NCBI GenBank assembly: GCA_040954595.2
Contig: CM082597.2
Span: 5,461,244 to 5,525,243 of the forward strand
Length of the DNA stretch: 64,000 bases
Origin: Balanoglossus misakiensis
Lineage: Eukaryota > Animalia > Hemichordata
Direction of reading: 5' to 3'
Under the pieces are notes generated by a model. The model saw nothing but the letters and a program-made list of their open reading frames with translations. It had not been told where the DNA came from and did not search any database. Below are positions 27,001 to 41,745 of the stretch, one piece after another (position 1 is the stretch's first letter; the number at the start of each line of letters is the position of its first letter). A program made the position numbers and the translations under genes.

Positions 27001-29744
27001 AATGATCTTATTTGCACCGCAGCGGTGCAAATAAGAGTTCCCTGCACCGCAACGATCTGACCGTTCTTTATTCACTCCTCGGCGACAAAAACGTTTTATT
27101 ACGGCCCGAAAAACGACTTTTTCGCTCCTTGGTTGGTCATGCGGACGAAAAGACACGGTTTTAGCGAGTTTATCTTTCTCTTTCCTGAGCACTCCGTATT
27201 CAGACTTGCCCAAGTGAACCGCGACAAAAAATATGACCATTGCAAGTTTCCCTGCATGTTTCTTATACCCGACAGATAAAAAACGCAGCGTAGATATTGA
27301 AATGTATTGGATTTATGAAAATGATAAAAATTACAATGATAATGTCGTTAAAAATTCTCACAAAAAAAATTGAAAAAAAAAGTGGTCTCGAACCAACAGC
27401 AGTTGACACCTTCAGGTTAAAGGCTAGCCTTCCTGAACCCTTCGCCATCACGATTTGTACGCGAAAAAGTCGGAAATCTTCCGCACTATATTGCAGCATA
27501 ACTCCAATGGTCTTATTTGCACCGCAGCGGTGCAAATTCTTATTTGCACCGCAGCGGTGCAAATAAGAGTTCCCTGCACCGCAACGATCTGACCGTTCTT
27601 TATTCACTCCTCGGTGACAAAAACGTTTTATTACGGCCCGAATAACGACTTTTTCGCTCCTTGGTTGGTCATGCGGACAGAAAGACACGGTTTTAGCGAG
27701 TTTATCTTTCTCTTTCCTGAGCACTCCGTATTCAGACTTGCCCAAGTGAACCGCGACAAAAAATATGACCATTGCAAGTTTCCCTGCATGTTTCTTATAC
27801 CCGACAGATAAAAAACGCAGCGTAGATATTGAAATGAATTGGATTTATGAAAATGATAAAAATTACAATGATAATGTCGTTAAAAGTTCTCACAAAAAAA
27901 AATTGAACAAAAAGTGGTCTCGAACCAACAGCAGTTGACACCTTCAGGTAAAAGGCTGGCCTTCCTGAACCCTTCGCCATCACGAATTGTACTCGAAAAA
28001 GTCGGAAATCTTCCGCACTATATTGCAGCATAACTCCAATGATCTTATTTGCACCGCAGCGGTGCAAATAAGAGTTCCCTGCACCGCAACGATCTGACCG
28101 TTCTTTATTCACTCCTCGGTGACAAAAACGTTTTATTACGGCCCGAATAACGACTTTTTCGCTCCTTGGTTGGTCATGCGGACAGAAAGACACGGTTTTA
28201 GCGAGTTTATCTTTCTCTTTCCTGAGCACTCCGTATTCAGACTTGCCCAAGTGAACCGCGACAAAAAATATGACCATTGCAAGTTTCCCTGCATGTTTCT
28301 TATACCCGACAGATAAAAAACGCAGCGTAGATATTGAAATGAATTGGATTTATGAAAATGATAAAAATTACAATGATAATGTCGTTAAAAGTTCTCACAA
28401 AAAAAAATTGAAAAAAAAGTGGTCTCGAACCAACAGCAGTTGACACCTTCAGGTTAAAGGCTAGCCTTCCTGAACCCTTCGCCATCACGATTTGTACGCG
28501 AAAAAGTCGGAAATCTTCCGCACTATATTGCAGCATAACTCCAATGATCTTATTTGCACCGCAGCGGTGCAAATTCTTATTTGCACCGCAGCGGTGCAAA
28601 TAAGAGTTCCCTGCACCGCAACGATCTGACCGTTCTTTATTCACTCCTCGGCGACAAAAACGTTTTATTACGGCCCGAAAAACGACTTTTTCGCTCCTTG
28701 GTTGGTCATGCGGACGAAAAGACACGGTTTTAGCGAGTTTATCTTTCTCTTTCCTGAGCACTCCGTATTCAGACTTGCCCAAGTGAACCGCGACAAAAAA
28801 TATGACCATTGCAAGTTTCCCTGCATGTTTCTTATACCCGACAGATAAAAAACGCAGCGTAGATATTGAAATGAATTGGATTTATGAAAATGATAAAAAT
28901 TACAATGATAATGTCGTTAAAAGTTCTCACAAAAAAAAATTGAAAAAAAAGTGGTCTCGAACCAACAGCAGTTGACACCTTCAGGTAAAAGGCTGGCCTT
29001 CCTGAACCCTTCGCCATCACGAATTGTACTCGAAAAAGTCGGAAATCTTCCGCACTATATTGCAGCATAACTCCAATGATCTTATTTGCACCGCAGCGAT
29101 GCAAATAAGAGTTCCCTGCACCGCAACGATCTGACCGTTCTTTATTCACTCCTCGGCGACAAAAACGTTTTATTACGGCCCGAATAACGACTTTTTCGCT
29201 CCTTGGTTGGTCATGCGGACAGAAAGACACGGTTTTAGCGAGTTTATCTTTCTCTTTCCTGAGCACTCCGTATTCAGACTTGCCCAAGTGAACCGCGACA
29301 AAAAATATGACCAAGTTTCCCTGCATGTTTCTTATACCCGACAGATAAAAAACGCAGCGTAGATATTGAAATGAATTGGATTTAGGAAAATGATAAAAAT
29401 TACAATGATAATGTCGTTAAAAGTTCTCACAAAAAAAAATTGAAAAAAAAAGTGGTCTCGAACCAACAGCAGTTGACACCTTCAGGTTAAAGGCTAGCCT
29501 TCCTGAACCCTTCGCCATCACGATTTGTACGCGAAAAAAGTCGGAAATCTTCCGCACTATATTGCAGCATAACTCCAATGATCTTATTTGCACCGCAGCG
29601 GTGCAAATTCTTATTTGCACCGCAGCGGTGCAAATAAGAGTTCCCTGCACCGCAACGATCTGACCGTTCTTTATTCACTCCTTGGTGACAAAAAAGTTTA
29701 TTACTGCCCAATAACGACTTATTCGCTCCTTGGTTGGTCATGCG
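24073..29744. repeat. Tandem array of ~499-535-bp units (~10.9 copies)
   Basis: Unit start ctccgtattcagacttgcccaagtg at 24073, 24597, 25129, 25659, 26158, 26693, 27192, 27724, 28229, 28761 and 29266. Length variation comes mainly from one versus two copies of a 27-bp subrepeat and a 6-bp indel. Confidence 0.98.
24247..24328 (-). ncRNA. tRNA-derived (SINE-head-like) Pol III unit; first of ~11 copies, one per array unit
   Basis: Minus strand reads gaTGGCGAAGGGTTcaggaaggc..gcctttaacctgaaggtgtcaactgctgttGGTTCGAGACC..TTTTTTTT. This gives an A-box-like motif (24309-24320), a canonical B box (24257-24267) and an oligo-T terminator. No complete cloverleaf or acceptor stem, so not called a tRNA. Confidence 0.55.
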
Positions 29745-31589
29745 CCCTCAGGCGCTTGGGCCCCTAACAATTGCTTGTTTTTATTGTCCAGTGAGACTAT
29801 ATATACTCCAGTCCACACACTTTGACCCTTTTCATGTAGCACAGCGCAGCCAACGGTGGAGATGAGGCAGCGACCACTCTACCTTTCGTCTTTCATGGTT
29901 TAGGTTCAAAGAGACAATGATGGCCTGCTCGAGCTCTTAGACTCCCACAATAGCAAATTTCTCCAATGTCGAAAATTTTATTATTGTACAAGCTACAAAT
30001 ATCACAACTGAATCATTTCTAGCAAATTAAATACAAAGACTATGTATCAAAATCCAGGCTTGATTCAACATAATTACTTTGTCATGGACCACTGCCTTCC
30101 GGGGTTACAACGGTTCAACGCTATCGAGTAACCTAGTTTGCTAAACGACACCACGAACAATAGAAGTTGGACTTTCCCCCTAAATGACGCTCACCTAACA
30201 CTATTTGCCCTCATTTATAGAAAGTTTCGTAATATCTGTAAATTCCCTTTGCCTTTTTGGGTTTGTCTGACGGTGAGGTTTTTCCCCAAGTAAATGTGTG
30301 AACAGGTATGTTGAGAAAATATTTTCTAGCAGCCGTCATGCATTCTTTTATTGGATAGCACAGGCGTGCGAAAAGAGTACACACTTGATAAAGCCACAAT
30401 ACCACACTAAGTTCAAGAGCCCATAATCTATTTCACAGACTAGGCACTTATGTTTATTGTATTTCTTGGCCTCGTCGTTATTGGTTTTGAAAAGCAAAAT
30501 CAGCCTGTTCAAGTGATTGGGGGGATTCTTTTGATGTACGTGTAATCTGTATGTCGTAAATGACTGTCTCATGACCCTGTGAGGTAGACGCATTACTCAA
30601 GCAAAAGTAATCCCAGCAATTTAAGGTGAGAAATAATACAACATTTGAATAAGAATGGAACTATTTAGAGCTACACGCGTAACTCATAGTCTTATTGTTT
30701 GGAAAGAAATCTAAGTTAAGCAAACTTCCAAGGAAGTCAGAAAATCCCCTATGTGATCATATCCACGCTGTTCAATCGTGATCAGCAACGTAATACATGT
30801 GCATACAGCCGTCATGATTCTTTATGAGGTCAAAGGTCAATAAGATGCAAGTCACTGACCGATTTGATTCGTTCGACGTTCACACGGGCACGCAGGTGAC
30901 CTAGTATTGCTGTATGGCAGGACTATTGTAACAATAAGATTAATAATGGACTTAAAATCGTCATTTCAGTTAAGGATATCTTTTTCATTGTACGAAAGTA
31001 TATACGTAAGTACACTTTGAACATTGACAACCTCTACGTACAAGTCTGTGTGATGAAGCTAAAACCAAAAAAAAATAGTTTTGTTAATATTGAATACTGA
31101 ATGCCGACTCGAGATTCACAACGCATGTTCACTTCAGAATTCACTAAATCATCGACTTGATAATATTAGTGGTCAAGAACCTTATGTATTCATCTCGGGT
31201 TATCGGTCTTCTTCTTCGGCAAGTTTAAGGTCGCTTATACCACATGAATTTTACGATGACGGATAGTCACCAGGACGGATTCAATATTTCAATACTTGGT
31301 GGCAAGAAAAGAGCTTCTGTAATACGCAAACCTGGTCAATCAAAAGATTGGTGACGTTACTCGCGTGGATTAGCTGAAGTTGCACGTTGCTGTGACAATG
31401 AAATACAGGTAGGTGTAAGTCTCTGACACAATTTATAGTACAGATCATAAATATTGTCATTATCACCCTATTTGTAATATTTCATGTGTGGCTATGGTCC
31501 AAAAATCGACATCTCTCGTACTTCGATTCGGTGGCACAATGCACAGACCACAGGACGTCTATAACGCCAGGAGATATAACTTTTGTCGT

Positions 31590-33407
<1,818 letters not shown>

Positions 33408-33480
33408 ATTAATGCCCGATGCCAAGAACCATGCAGTGAAATCTTCAAGGGAGTCTTGTACTCAGTTGTATTTCGCCGCA

Positions 33481-33516
33481 AACTGATCAAAGTCTGCACG
33501 GTGCCCCCATTTTATA
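33481..33516 (-). promoter_or_regulatory. TATA box plus Initiator core promoter of gene A
   Basis: Minus strand TATAAAA at 33516-33510 and Inr TCAGTT at 33486-33481, about 30 nt apart and ~75 nt upstream of the ATG. Confidence 0.6.
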
Positions 33517-34508
33517 GGGATCCCTACGCAGCCGGTATTTCTCGCGTGGGCTGGAAATACCCTACATGGCGTTTTCTATAGAGAACTCGAATTGCGTATA
33601 TGATGCTGATCCCGTGAGGGTGTAGGGGGTGTGGCGTTAATAGAATCCTTAAAAATGGAACAGTACAATCTATCACGGGACACCTTACTTGTCTGCGTTC
33701 TACATGTGTTTTACTATGATAAGTCTGGTAATTAAAGTTTGATTAAAGTTTGTAAAATGTTAGGGACAAGCATTTTGTGCTATATTTTAAGCAGTTTTCC
33801 TGGTTCGCCAGGTCACTTAATGGGTGTGGGACGCAAAGAATGTTGCAACAAGACGATGATGTCACAGACGCCGGGTATAGGGCGTCGATAACGGTGACGT
33901 TTAACAGCCCACGTAAAATTAATCTGAATGGACAATAAGATGCATGTAATATCATGTTAAAATTCAATTGGCAGTCCACACAATATTTAGGCCTAATCAT
34001 CACTTATATTCTTCATATTTCAATGCCAGTGGCGATCAATCAGGTTTTGACGAAATACATGTTACCTTGACAACATTTCTGTGAGCTGAACAAAAGCTAA
34101 CTAACGAAAGTGAAATCACAATGATATCAATATGTTCGTTAATATATGTAATTAATTGAAATTATGAATTAATGCATTCATTTAATTTTTTGTAGCGAAT
34201 TATGTGTATGTCCATATGTACCTATGTACCTGTAACAGGCAGAGAGATATAAAATCTCTTAACAATTGACCAGATTCCACTGTTGTGTGGACAGGCTCTG
34301 CGGTAAGTGAGAATGGCCAGCGTCGTAGTTATCTATAAATAGCACATTCCAGAAACCGGGCAACCTTAACCCCGCAAACTACTGGCGTTGAGTGGTGTTC
34401 TCCAACATGCTTGTTTCACACGTGACTGGATTTGCTGACGTATTCAAAATACACGCAGTTGCCCTTGTTCAATTAATTGCGCCCAGAAGAATAGCTCATT
34501 TATTTTAG

Positions 34509-34644
34509 TATGTATGTATGTATGTATGTATGTATGTATGTATGTATGTATGTATGTATGTATGTATGTATGTATGTATGTATGTATGTATGTATGTATG
34601 TATGTATGTATGTATGTATGTATGTATGTATGTATGTATGTATG
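34509..34644. repeat. (TATG)n microsatellite
   Basis: Direct reading. Confidence 0.97.
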
Positions 34645-35529
34645 TTCAAAGTGAAACTAAAAGAATGTAGACACTGGATTACTCAACTATTAATTTGCAT
34701 GTGTAGGGGATTCCCTATCATTATTTACCGTAGCAACGTGTTGCTAGGCAAGTATTACAAGTCAGGCTTTTAAAATACACGCAGAACACTGAACAGTTAA
34801 AAGTCAAAGTATTGGTTGTTTTGTCGTCCAATCATTACTATTTTAAAGTATCCCTTACAAACTCATATGTCGAAGAAAGGTATCCTGGCATTGAATTAGT
34901 TTAGTAAGTCGATTTGATTACATATTTTGTGAATTTAAACTGTCGACGTCAGTGGGTTTCGGACGTGAAGCATGTGTTTGATTAAACTGAGCACACTCAA
35001 AGAGCCGCCGGTCAATTGGAACGTGTTGGCACGTGACAGAAGTTTTCTGTGGATCGACCTGCCTCTGGAGACCGGGGTGAGTAATACCAGAATATGTCAT
35101 TTGTATGCAGGTAATTAAATAAGTAAAGTCTGCTTTGGACTTTGTTAGCAGGCTTATTCAGGCCAGGAATCACTTTTTTGTGTTTCTGAGGCCACGGTAG
35201 ATCGTTCATTCTTAAAGAGAACAACATATTCCCACCATTGATGGGCCCGAAATCGCGTTCATGTTATCAGACAGACCTTATTCACCTGTTTGTATGTAAG
35301 GCCAAATGTAAGCATAACTTGCCCAGGCTACCGCCGTTCAAGCCGTTTTCTCCCGGGTGCCTCGTCAAATAATTCTTTGATATATCTCGCCTCGTGTAAA
35401 GGAGGCCGATGGGCCAAATTCTCTTGACTCGGTACAAAATAGTCGTATTTAAAAAACAACTCGAACAGGGCGCGCGTAACTTTGTTTTCGAATCGAAGTA
35501 TCCAATCTTCACACAATCGTTCGGCTTAA

Positions 35530-35703
35530 AGGTATACGGTCACCTCCAATTTACATATCGCCATATATAGTTGAAATGGCGTATTTGAGTGTTCTATAGA
35601 ACGCTTTATTTTCGCGTGTGCCACCCACTGAAAATCTGTGATTGGTTAGATCTCGATTTACCATGGTAACTGTGGCTAAATTTGTATAGGTGACCGTATA
35701 CCT
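35530..35703. mobile_element. MITE with 16-bp perfect TIRs, TTAA-type target (Kolobok-like)
   Basis: TTAA-AGGTATACGGTCACCT (35530-45) ... AGGTGACCGTATACCT (35688-703)-GTAA; the right TSD has one mismatch. Confidence 0.8.
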
Positions 35704-35742
35704 GTAATCTAGACTTGTCCCAGGGTGATTCCAAAGGTGAAC

Positions 35743-35841
35743 CCTGGCCAACTTCTATCACAATTCACCTGGCCAACTTCTATCACAATTCACCTGGCCA
35801 ACTTCTATCACAATTCACCTGGCCAACTTCTATCACAATTC
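35743..35841. repeat. 25-bp minisatellite, 4 copies
   Basis: cctggccaacttctatcacaattca at 35743, 35768, 35793 and 35818. Confidence 0.95.
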
Positions 35842-36161
35842 CGTGTACTGCACCTACATATGCCAGTTACTGAAATTGCGTATATAGAACGATAAACCAA
35901 AAGCTTACTACTCATTTGAAATATATATCTTAATTGTCTGTACTGGTCGCAAAGAAAAAGATACAAATAACACACCCGGTGCATTGTAATCGCCATGGTG
36001 ATAGAGAATATCAAACACGAGTCTAAAATCACTAGCAGCGTCGGTATTCTCAAACCCTCAGAAAATGATTGTTACATTTTCAGCGTCACTCAACTGTACA
36101 ATAAATGGCGTTACGCTAGTACCGTGTCCGTGTTAGGAGGTTAAAACTGTATACTGCTTAC

Positions 36162-36210
36162 CTGCAGGGAAACCGCCACACATCAAAATGAACATTAACT
36201 TCAACAACAT
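36162..36210 (-). CDS. Candidate alternative first (signal-peptide) exon for gene A
   Basis: ATG at 36210 gives MLLKLMFILMCGGFPA followed by a phase-1 CAG|GTAAGC donor, compatible with the phase-1 acceptor at 32444. TATATATA lies ~75 nt upstream. Confidence 0.5.
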
Positions 36211-39200
36211 GTTTGCAATACTGATCGTTGATTTCTTGGTCAAATCTTATTATACAATCGTCCACCAGATGTCGCCTATGTATATATAGCTCTGATGGCA
36301 TACTCTTTGGGCGTTTTGTTCCAGGCTCATGATTCATAAAGCAATAAAGCCTGACCAATAGGTATACAAGAATCGTTCTTGGAATGGAGTGAATCATTTT
36401 CGGGTGACGGAAAATCAATTTGGCGGCATCCATTATGTTTTTACTTTAGTATAACATTAGCAAAACTCGTGTTTTTTGTACTTTGGACCACACAGTTGTT
36501 TATACCTGCTTGCTTTGTTTTATTTTTCTTCTGGATAATTAACTGGTTCTATTAATAACTTTTAATAATCATACACGACTGTTTACCGTACACGGATGCA
36601 TTGTTTTCTGTTTAGTGGTATTCCCCGTGCTACATGCTTACGTTTTTTTTTCTTGCAACATTGTTTTTCACTACTGAGTCACGCCAATTGCTTTGACTAC
36701 CTGCCATACCAGACAACTGGCACCAGCGGCTCACTGCAAACAGGGAGAGCGGGGAAAGGTAGTGTGGGGAAAGAGGAGGATAGTTCTTTTTAGACTCCAA
36801 ATAAACTAAAGCTACCACCCTTCAGTATTGCCTGACATTCTATGGCAGCTTCTTCATTCCATGATTGCTGCCTATCAAAGGTCCGTGTTTCTGGACACGG
36901 GAAATAAACCAAATCCAGTTGAGCACGGAATTGTTGAGTGGGAAGCTGTTCATATCTTGGACGTCCTAAGTGTTGAGCGCCCAGATGTATCTAAAAACAA
37001 CACTAGTAGCCATAATCACCTGTTGTCATCGGCCATATACCCTGACCTGGATTTCGAATCATTACCAGAAAAATCCTGTTTCACTATTTTGCTACCGTCC
37101 GCCAAGTTTGGTTATTACTTAGCAACACATAAACACCGGAGCTATATCGATCTCTGTGTTGCTTGTTATATCGTAATCTTCGTTTGCATACTGACTCTGA
37201 TAGTGTCAGGTTTGCCTGGTCTGAACAAGACTATAGTCTCTCTTACTGTGTCATTAAAAACAAATTATCTCTGTGCGCAAACACGTTGTCTCATTTCTTC
37301 TCCAAACAGCAGGTAATCCAATCTACACCCATCCTAAGCTTGTAAGTCATCCGTAAATAACACGAAGATGGTCGCTGATTAGTTACATAACCACACAAGT
37401 TGGCCACTAAATAAGGCTACCCCACAAGTACAAATGCCAAGCTTAGACTTGGATGTCCTGTATATACAATATTTCGAACAGAGTCATTATTGCACAAAAT
37501 CCTAGCGACCTACAAAATGTGTATCTTGATAGACCCTTACCAGTGTATTAGGTAAATTTTTCAGTAAGTGGCAAACTAAATCTGTCATGCGCAGAACTGC
37601 AAGTCCAACGATCGATTCAAGGTTTAAATTCTTACACAACATTCTTATAATATTTTCCGCTAACCACAAGCTTACTGTCCTGGTCTGGTTTGGATAAAAC
37701 TACAAACACACACACACAATACTCTTGCAAATCACTGCCAGAAATACCGGATGAAACCAGGAATAGAAATCGTTTATATCTGTGTTATGTTGAAGAATAA
37801 ACTAAATCTTTTTCACAGAGAGGCCTCGTCTGATAATATTATCATGTTGATAATCCCTAGTTGTTTTACACGCTCGTTATCGTGCCCCAGTGAATCCGTA
37901 ATCTTGATATTATCTGTGTGAGGTTCATTGTGTTTTATCTTATCAAGGTCCCATTACTAATTCTTACTAAAATCACATGTGGGAACATGTTCAGTATAGA
38001 ATCAAGGCCCGTGTATTTTTCTCCTATGCTCACTTCACTCACAGTCTGGCCTTGTCGTCTAACATTTTTTTTAAATTTTGCTATTTGCCTGTCAAAGGCC
38101 TGGCAACTCAGGTCAATGCTCACCGTGCGATCATGATCATGACCTCTCCGAAGTCATTTATAACCTTATCTACTACTGATTGGCTGAATTAATGAGCAGG
38201 GATGGTGAACAATATCAGTGGCCTGAGTTGCCATGGTTAGAGTCCTTTGATATGCAAATACCAACATTTCAAAAAATTAATCGAGAAGGCTAGACTGTGT
38301 GTGACGTGAGCGTAGCGAAAAAAGCACACGAGTCTGTATTCTAGATTATAACCTGCTGTACTGTGCCTTAATCCATACTTGACTCAAAATTATTACTCCC
38401 CCCCCCCTGCTGTTCAAAGGCCAATAAACATGGGAGCATGAGTCAGTGGCCAATTGTAGTTGACGTTAGTACTACAGCGTTTTCCTGTCGCAATGTGGCA
38501 TTTATGACTTCATTGTTTTTCAGTTTTGTCAAAACGTTTGTGACGCATTGATTTCGAAATTTTGGCCAAAGGTGCCAAATTTGCAGTATCCCTTTGTTTT
38601 GATTTCGAAATGTTTTATGTATTGTACGTCAGCTCCTTAAAGTCGTATATAAAAGCTTTTGTTTCTCTGTTGTGTGGCAAAGCTTAAAATTTCGTGCCTA
38701 CCTGAAAATTGTACCGTGTTGTATTCATCTTTATCACAGTGTGATTTTCACCAATGTTTTTGCAATACACAAAAATTGCCTGGCAATTTACGCATAGATC
38801 CAATTAATTCCAGAGGTAAAATCACACACGTACGCAGTCATCCGTGGCAACACCCTAACTGCGCATGCTATAAGCTTAGCCAGTGCATAAAACCCCCCTT
38901 GTCAGTTCTATGTATAACCATGATATCATAGATCGTACGACTCAACTGTGCTTATATTGGTCACAGCTATGCGAGTACTATGTCCAACTGCCTCGTTCTC
39001 AGTGTGGCCAAATCTTGTCTTCCAATCAATCAATGAACGATTAAATTTTGTAAATTTCGATCAAGCAGCCGATCTTCAGCTATTCGATAGGGAGTTTTAC
39101 CTAAACAGGGGCCTCGGTTGCCTTACCCGATGACATGTCTGCTCACTATAGCTCATATTTTTCCACCCTGGGGGAATCAGGAATCAACGTGACAGGCGAA

Positions 39201-39747
39201 GTCAACCAGACTGCAAAATACAAAATGTCTTCAAATAGAGGACATAATAACTATGACCTGCTGAATTGCAGCTGCAGCCACGGCAATTCAAAGTCGCATA
39301 GCAACACAGGTATGGAGTTTAACTTGGGCATCAAATACTATATAGTACAGACATGTAGCGGTTAACTCTAATTGGGAATGTGTACATAGACGAAATTTGA
39401 AGTCTTGGTTTGTAAAAGTGAAGGCTCTTAATAGTACATAGTTGCAAAATTTGCCGTGTACCTACCTGGCCCCGATAAATAGAAATTCTGAAACGATTCT
39501 GCCACGAAACACATAGCACAAGAATCCAGGGCGAGAATTCAGGTCAGGTAGTTGTGTCAATATGAGTTAGTGTATGGGAGGGGGGTGGGGTCATTAACTT
39601 GGGCCAATATATACCCAATCAATAGACTGTTTAACAAGTCACCAACTTATCTCGTCATTGTTGAAAATTACTTGTCAACTCTGTTGATTAGAATAAATTG
39701 TCCCAATTCTGAGTTGATTATTTTGTAATTATAGATTGCCGTGCCGG

Positions 39748-39833
39748 TTTCATAAGTCCAGCGCCCTCATGCGGCCAGAATTAATTTGAACTCAAAGCGA
39801 GGCCAATTGGGAAATCCCCTTGATGTGATCGGT
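39748..39833. mobile_element. Partial copy of the palindromic MITE family also present at 55897-56074
   Basis: Shares cataagtc-agcgccctca ... actcaaagcgaggccaa ... ggaaatccccttgatgtgat with the 55.9-kb copy. Confidence 0.7.
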
Positions 39834-40346
39834 GCACGATTTTGGGTTGGCTTTCAGTAAATGTATGTACCATAATAATTAATTTGCGCAGTTTGGTGGG
39901 ACTGTTTTAGTACCTGCAGTTTATCAAAGTGACGACAGAAAGTCACCGGTTATTCATTTACACAACTCATTTGTTTAAAATTATTAATTAATATTTATTT
40001 TAAAATCGGATTTTAGTTAGTTAACATACGTTTGTAAATGACACAACTGTCCAGAAAACTTACTTCCTGACTTTCTGGCACAGTCACAAATAAACACATA
40101 TTCATGCCAAAATGACATTAACGTGTAAAGGGTTTCCGAAAAGTTAATGTTTTCTCAGTATCGGCGCAATCATGTAGGCAAAGTTGACAGTTTAGTGCTT
40201 TACATACCCATCAATGTGTCCAGAATATGTAAAACAGACCGCCGGTGCCTGTGAAATATGATATCAAACTTATTTGTCTGTAGTTAAGGGGTCCTTCAAT
40301 ATCATTATTCACACCTGTGACTGTGGATATTTGTACGCTTCCTTAT

Positions 40347-41745
40347 CTATCCTTTTTTCCTGTCTCTCTTTTTATTCCGTCTTGAACATTTGTTCTTCTT
40401 CTGTCGTTTATTGCTGGATTTATCCGTTTTGATGTTTAATGCAAAATTCACCGCCCCATGGGCTTTATATGTCGTTACGCCTCTTTTCTGGCTATACACC
40501 TCCAGTTCATAATCTCCCTCGTCGGTTTCTGTGTTGGCTTTCTCTATACTAAAGGTTATCACAATGTTTTTCGCGATGACGTCATCCCATTCTATTGCCA
40601 CGCAGTATTTTCCTAGGCACTTTCGCCCCGAGGCATGTCCTTCGAACACATCCTTCATTTTAGTCTCTCTTCGTCCGTCCGTTGAAACGGTGATTGTGAA
40701 AGTGTCAGTGGTTTCACATAGTTCGCAATCCATGGCAAATGATATGTATACAGGATCGCCTTCGTAAGCGACTATTTCAAATCTGTTTAGTTGAATTTTT
40801 CCGATAGGCACATCACCGCACACCAACCCTGTGATAAAATTAAACGCACAACGTAAATTACGCAAAAAACAATATCATCCTCTGTATTTTTGTCTGATGC
40901 TTGTCGTGAGAATCAGAACTTGACAGACATATAGTTAAATGTGAAGGTAAACTGTGGTTCCTGAAAAACAGCTCTAAAACAAAATCCATATAAAGCCAAC
41001 TATGTTCAGTTCAGTTTGTTAAAGGTTTTAACTGGACGTCATTATACGTAGGGATATTGGAATCAAAGTCCTGAGGCCAGATTGAGCAATATTGATGATT
41101 TATTTCACTTGTAAGTGGAACATTCATGAACATGTGATGCCATGTTAATAGAATCAGCATTACCTTTTAAGGAAAATTAAAGCATTGGCAAAATATGTGA
41201 AATCGTTCGAAGTCCACGGATCAACGCACGTAGACTACTTCCGGGTAAACTAAGCATGTCATCATTTACCGGCGATAGAGCGTCCACCCCCGTATCTGAC
41301 CTTGTTGAACACCTATAGTTTTAAGTTCTGTGGGTTCCGCTTTTCTATTTGACACACATGTTTGACGTCACTAAGAATTCCAGAACAGCGATATATCTTT
41401 TGCCAATCAGTTAAATGAAATACCTTTGTTGCACCGAGCATGAATGGCATACCGACATACTATATACATGTACATGTAAATTCAAGCGGTCGAAACCTTG
41501 GTTGACCGTTGCTCCTGTTAGTAAAACGTTAACGGGGAACCCCCCTATAGAAAATTTTACACAGCGGTAGCCTACAAGTTACAAACGTACAAGCAAGTTG
41601 GGGGTACAGACATTCATTTAGCAGACAACGTGAAATGCCACCATTTCGCAGAAGGACACTTGCACTTTCACGAGTCAATTCTAAGTTAGGGAAACTCACC
41701 TGATAGACAATATGTGATTAAAATCGTGTTCAGTAGCTTGGCCAT
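40347..41745 (-). CDS. Secreted single Ig-like-domain protein with polybasic C-terminal tail (gene B, ~175 aa)
   Basis: Exons 41745-41700 (MAKLLNTILITYCLS, G|GTGAGT) and 40828-40347; phase 1; 528 nt open. Signal peptide ending LVCG. Ig-like pattern AYEGDPVYISF ... ITFSIEKANTETDEGDYELEV. Tail KSSNKRQKKNKCSRRNKKRDRKKG. Confidence 0.82.

Larger units (their letters stand above)
23803..29768. mobile_element. Putative non-autonomous Helitron/Helentron-type element carrying an internal tandem array
   Basis: Left end AATTAAAGCTGCAAGCAGC. Right end is a GC hairpin GCGCC-ctca-GGCGC (29742-29755) followed by TTGGGCCC-CTAA (CTRR-like). No TSD or transposase. From memory (unverified) these termini resemble rolling-circle non-autonomous families of fish and marine invertebrates that host internal satellites. 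Confidence 0.55.

Noticed and set aside
24189-29741. Repeated 125-176 aa minus-strand ORFs (MVIFFVAVHLGKSEYG...)
   Set aside because: They are translations of the tandem unit, frameshifted differently in each copy by A-run length changes, with no recognisable domain.
24073-29744. CRISPR array, 5S rDNA, or functional tRNA/snRNA cluster
   Set aside because: No unique spacers and a eukaryotic context; no 5S or U-snRNA similarity recognised; the tRNA-like part lacks an acceptor stem.
34510-34773. MYVC/CV-repeat ORFs here and at 48379-48854 and 55329-55561
   Set aside because: Microsatellite translations; only 48851-48921 is used, as the last exon of gene C.
37935-38123. IDLSCQAFD resembling the reverse-transcriptase motif DLSKAFD
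   Set aside because: No other RT motifs nearby; likely chance.
41164-41257. Possible alternative first exon for gene B
   Set aside because: In-frame stop in the phase needed to join the 40828 acceptor.
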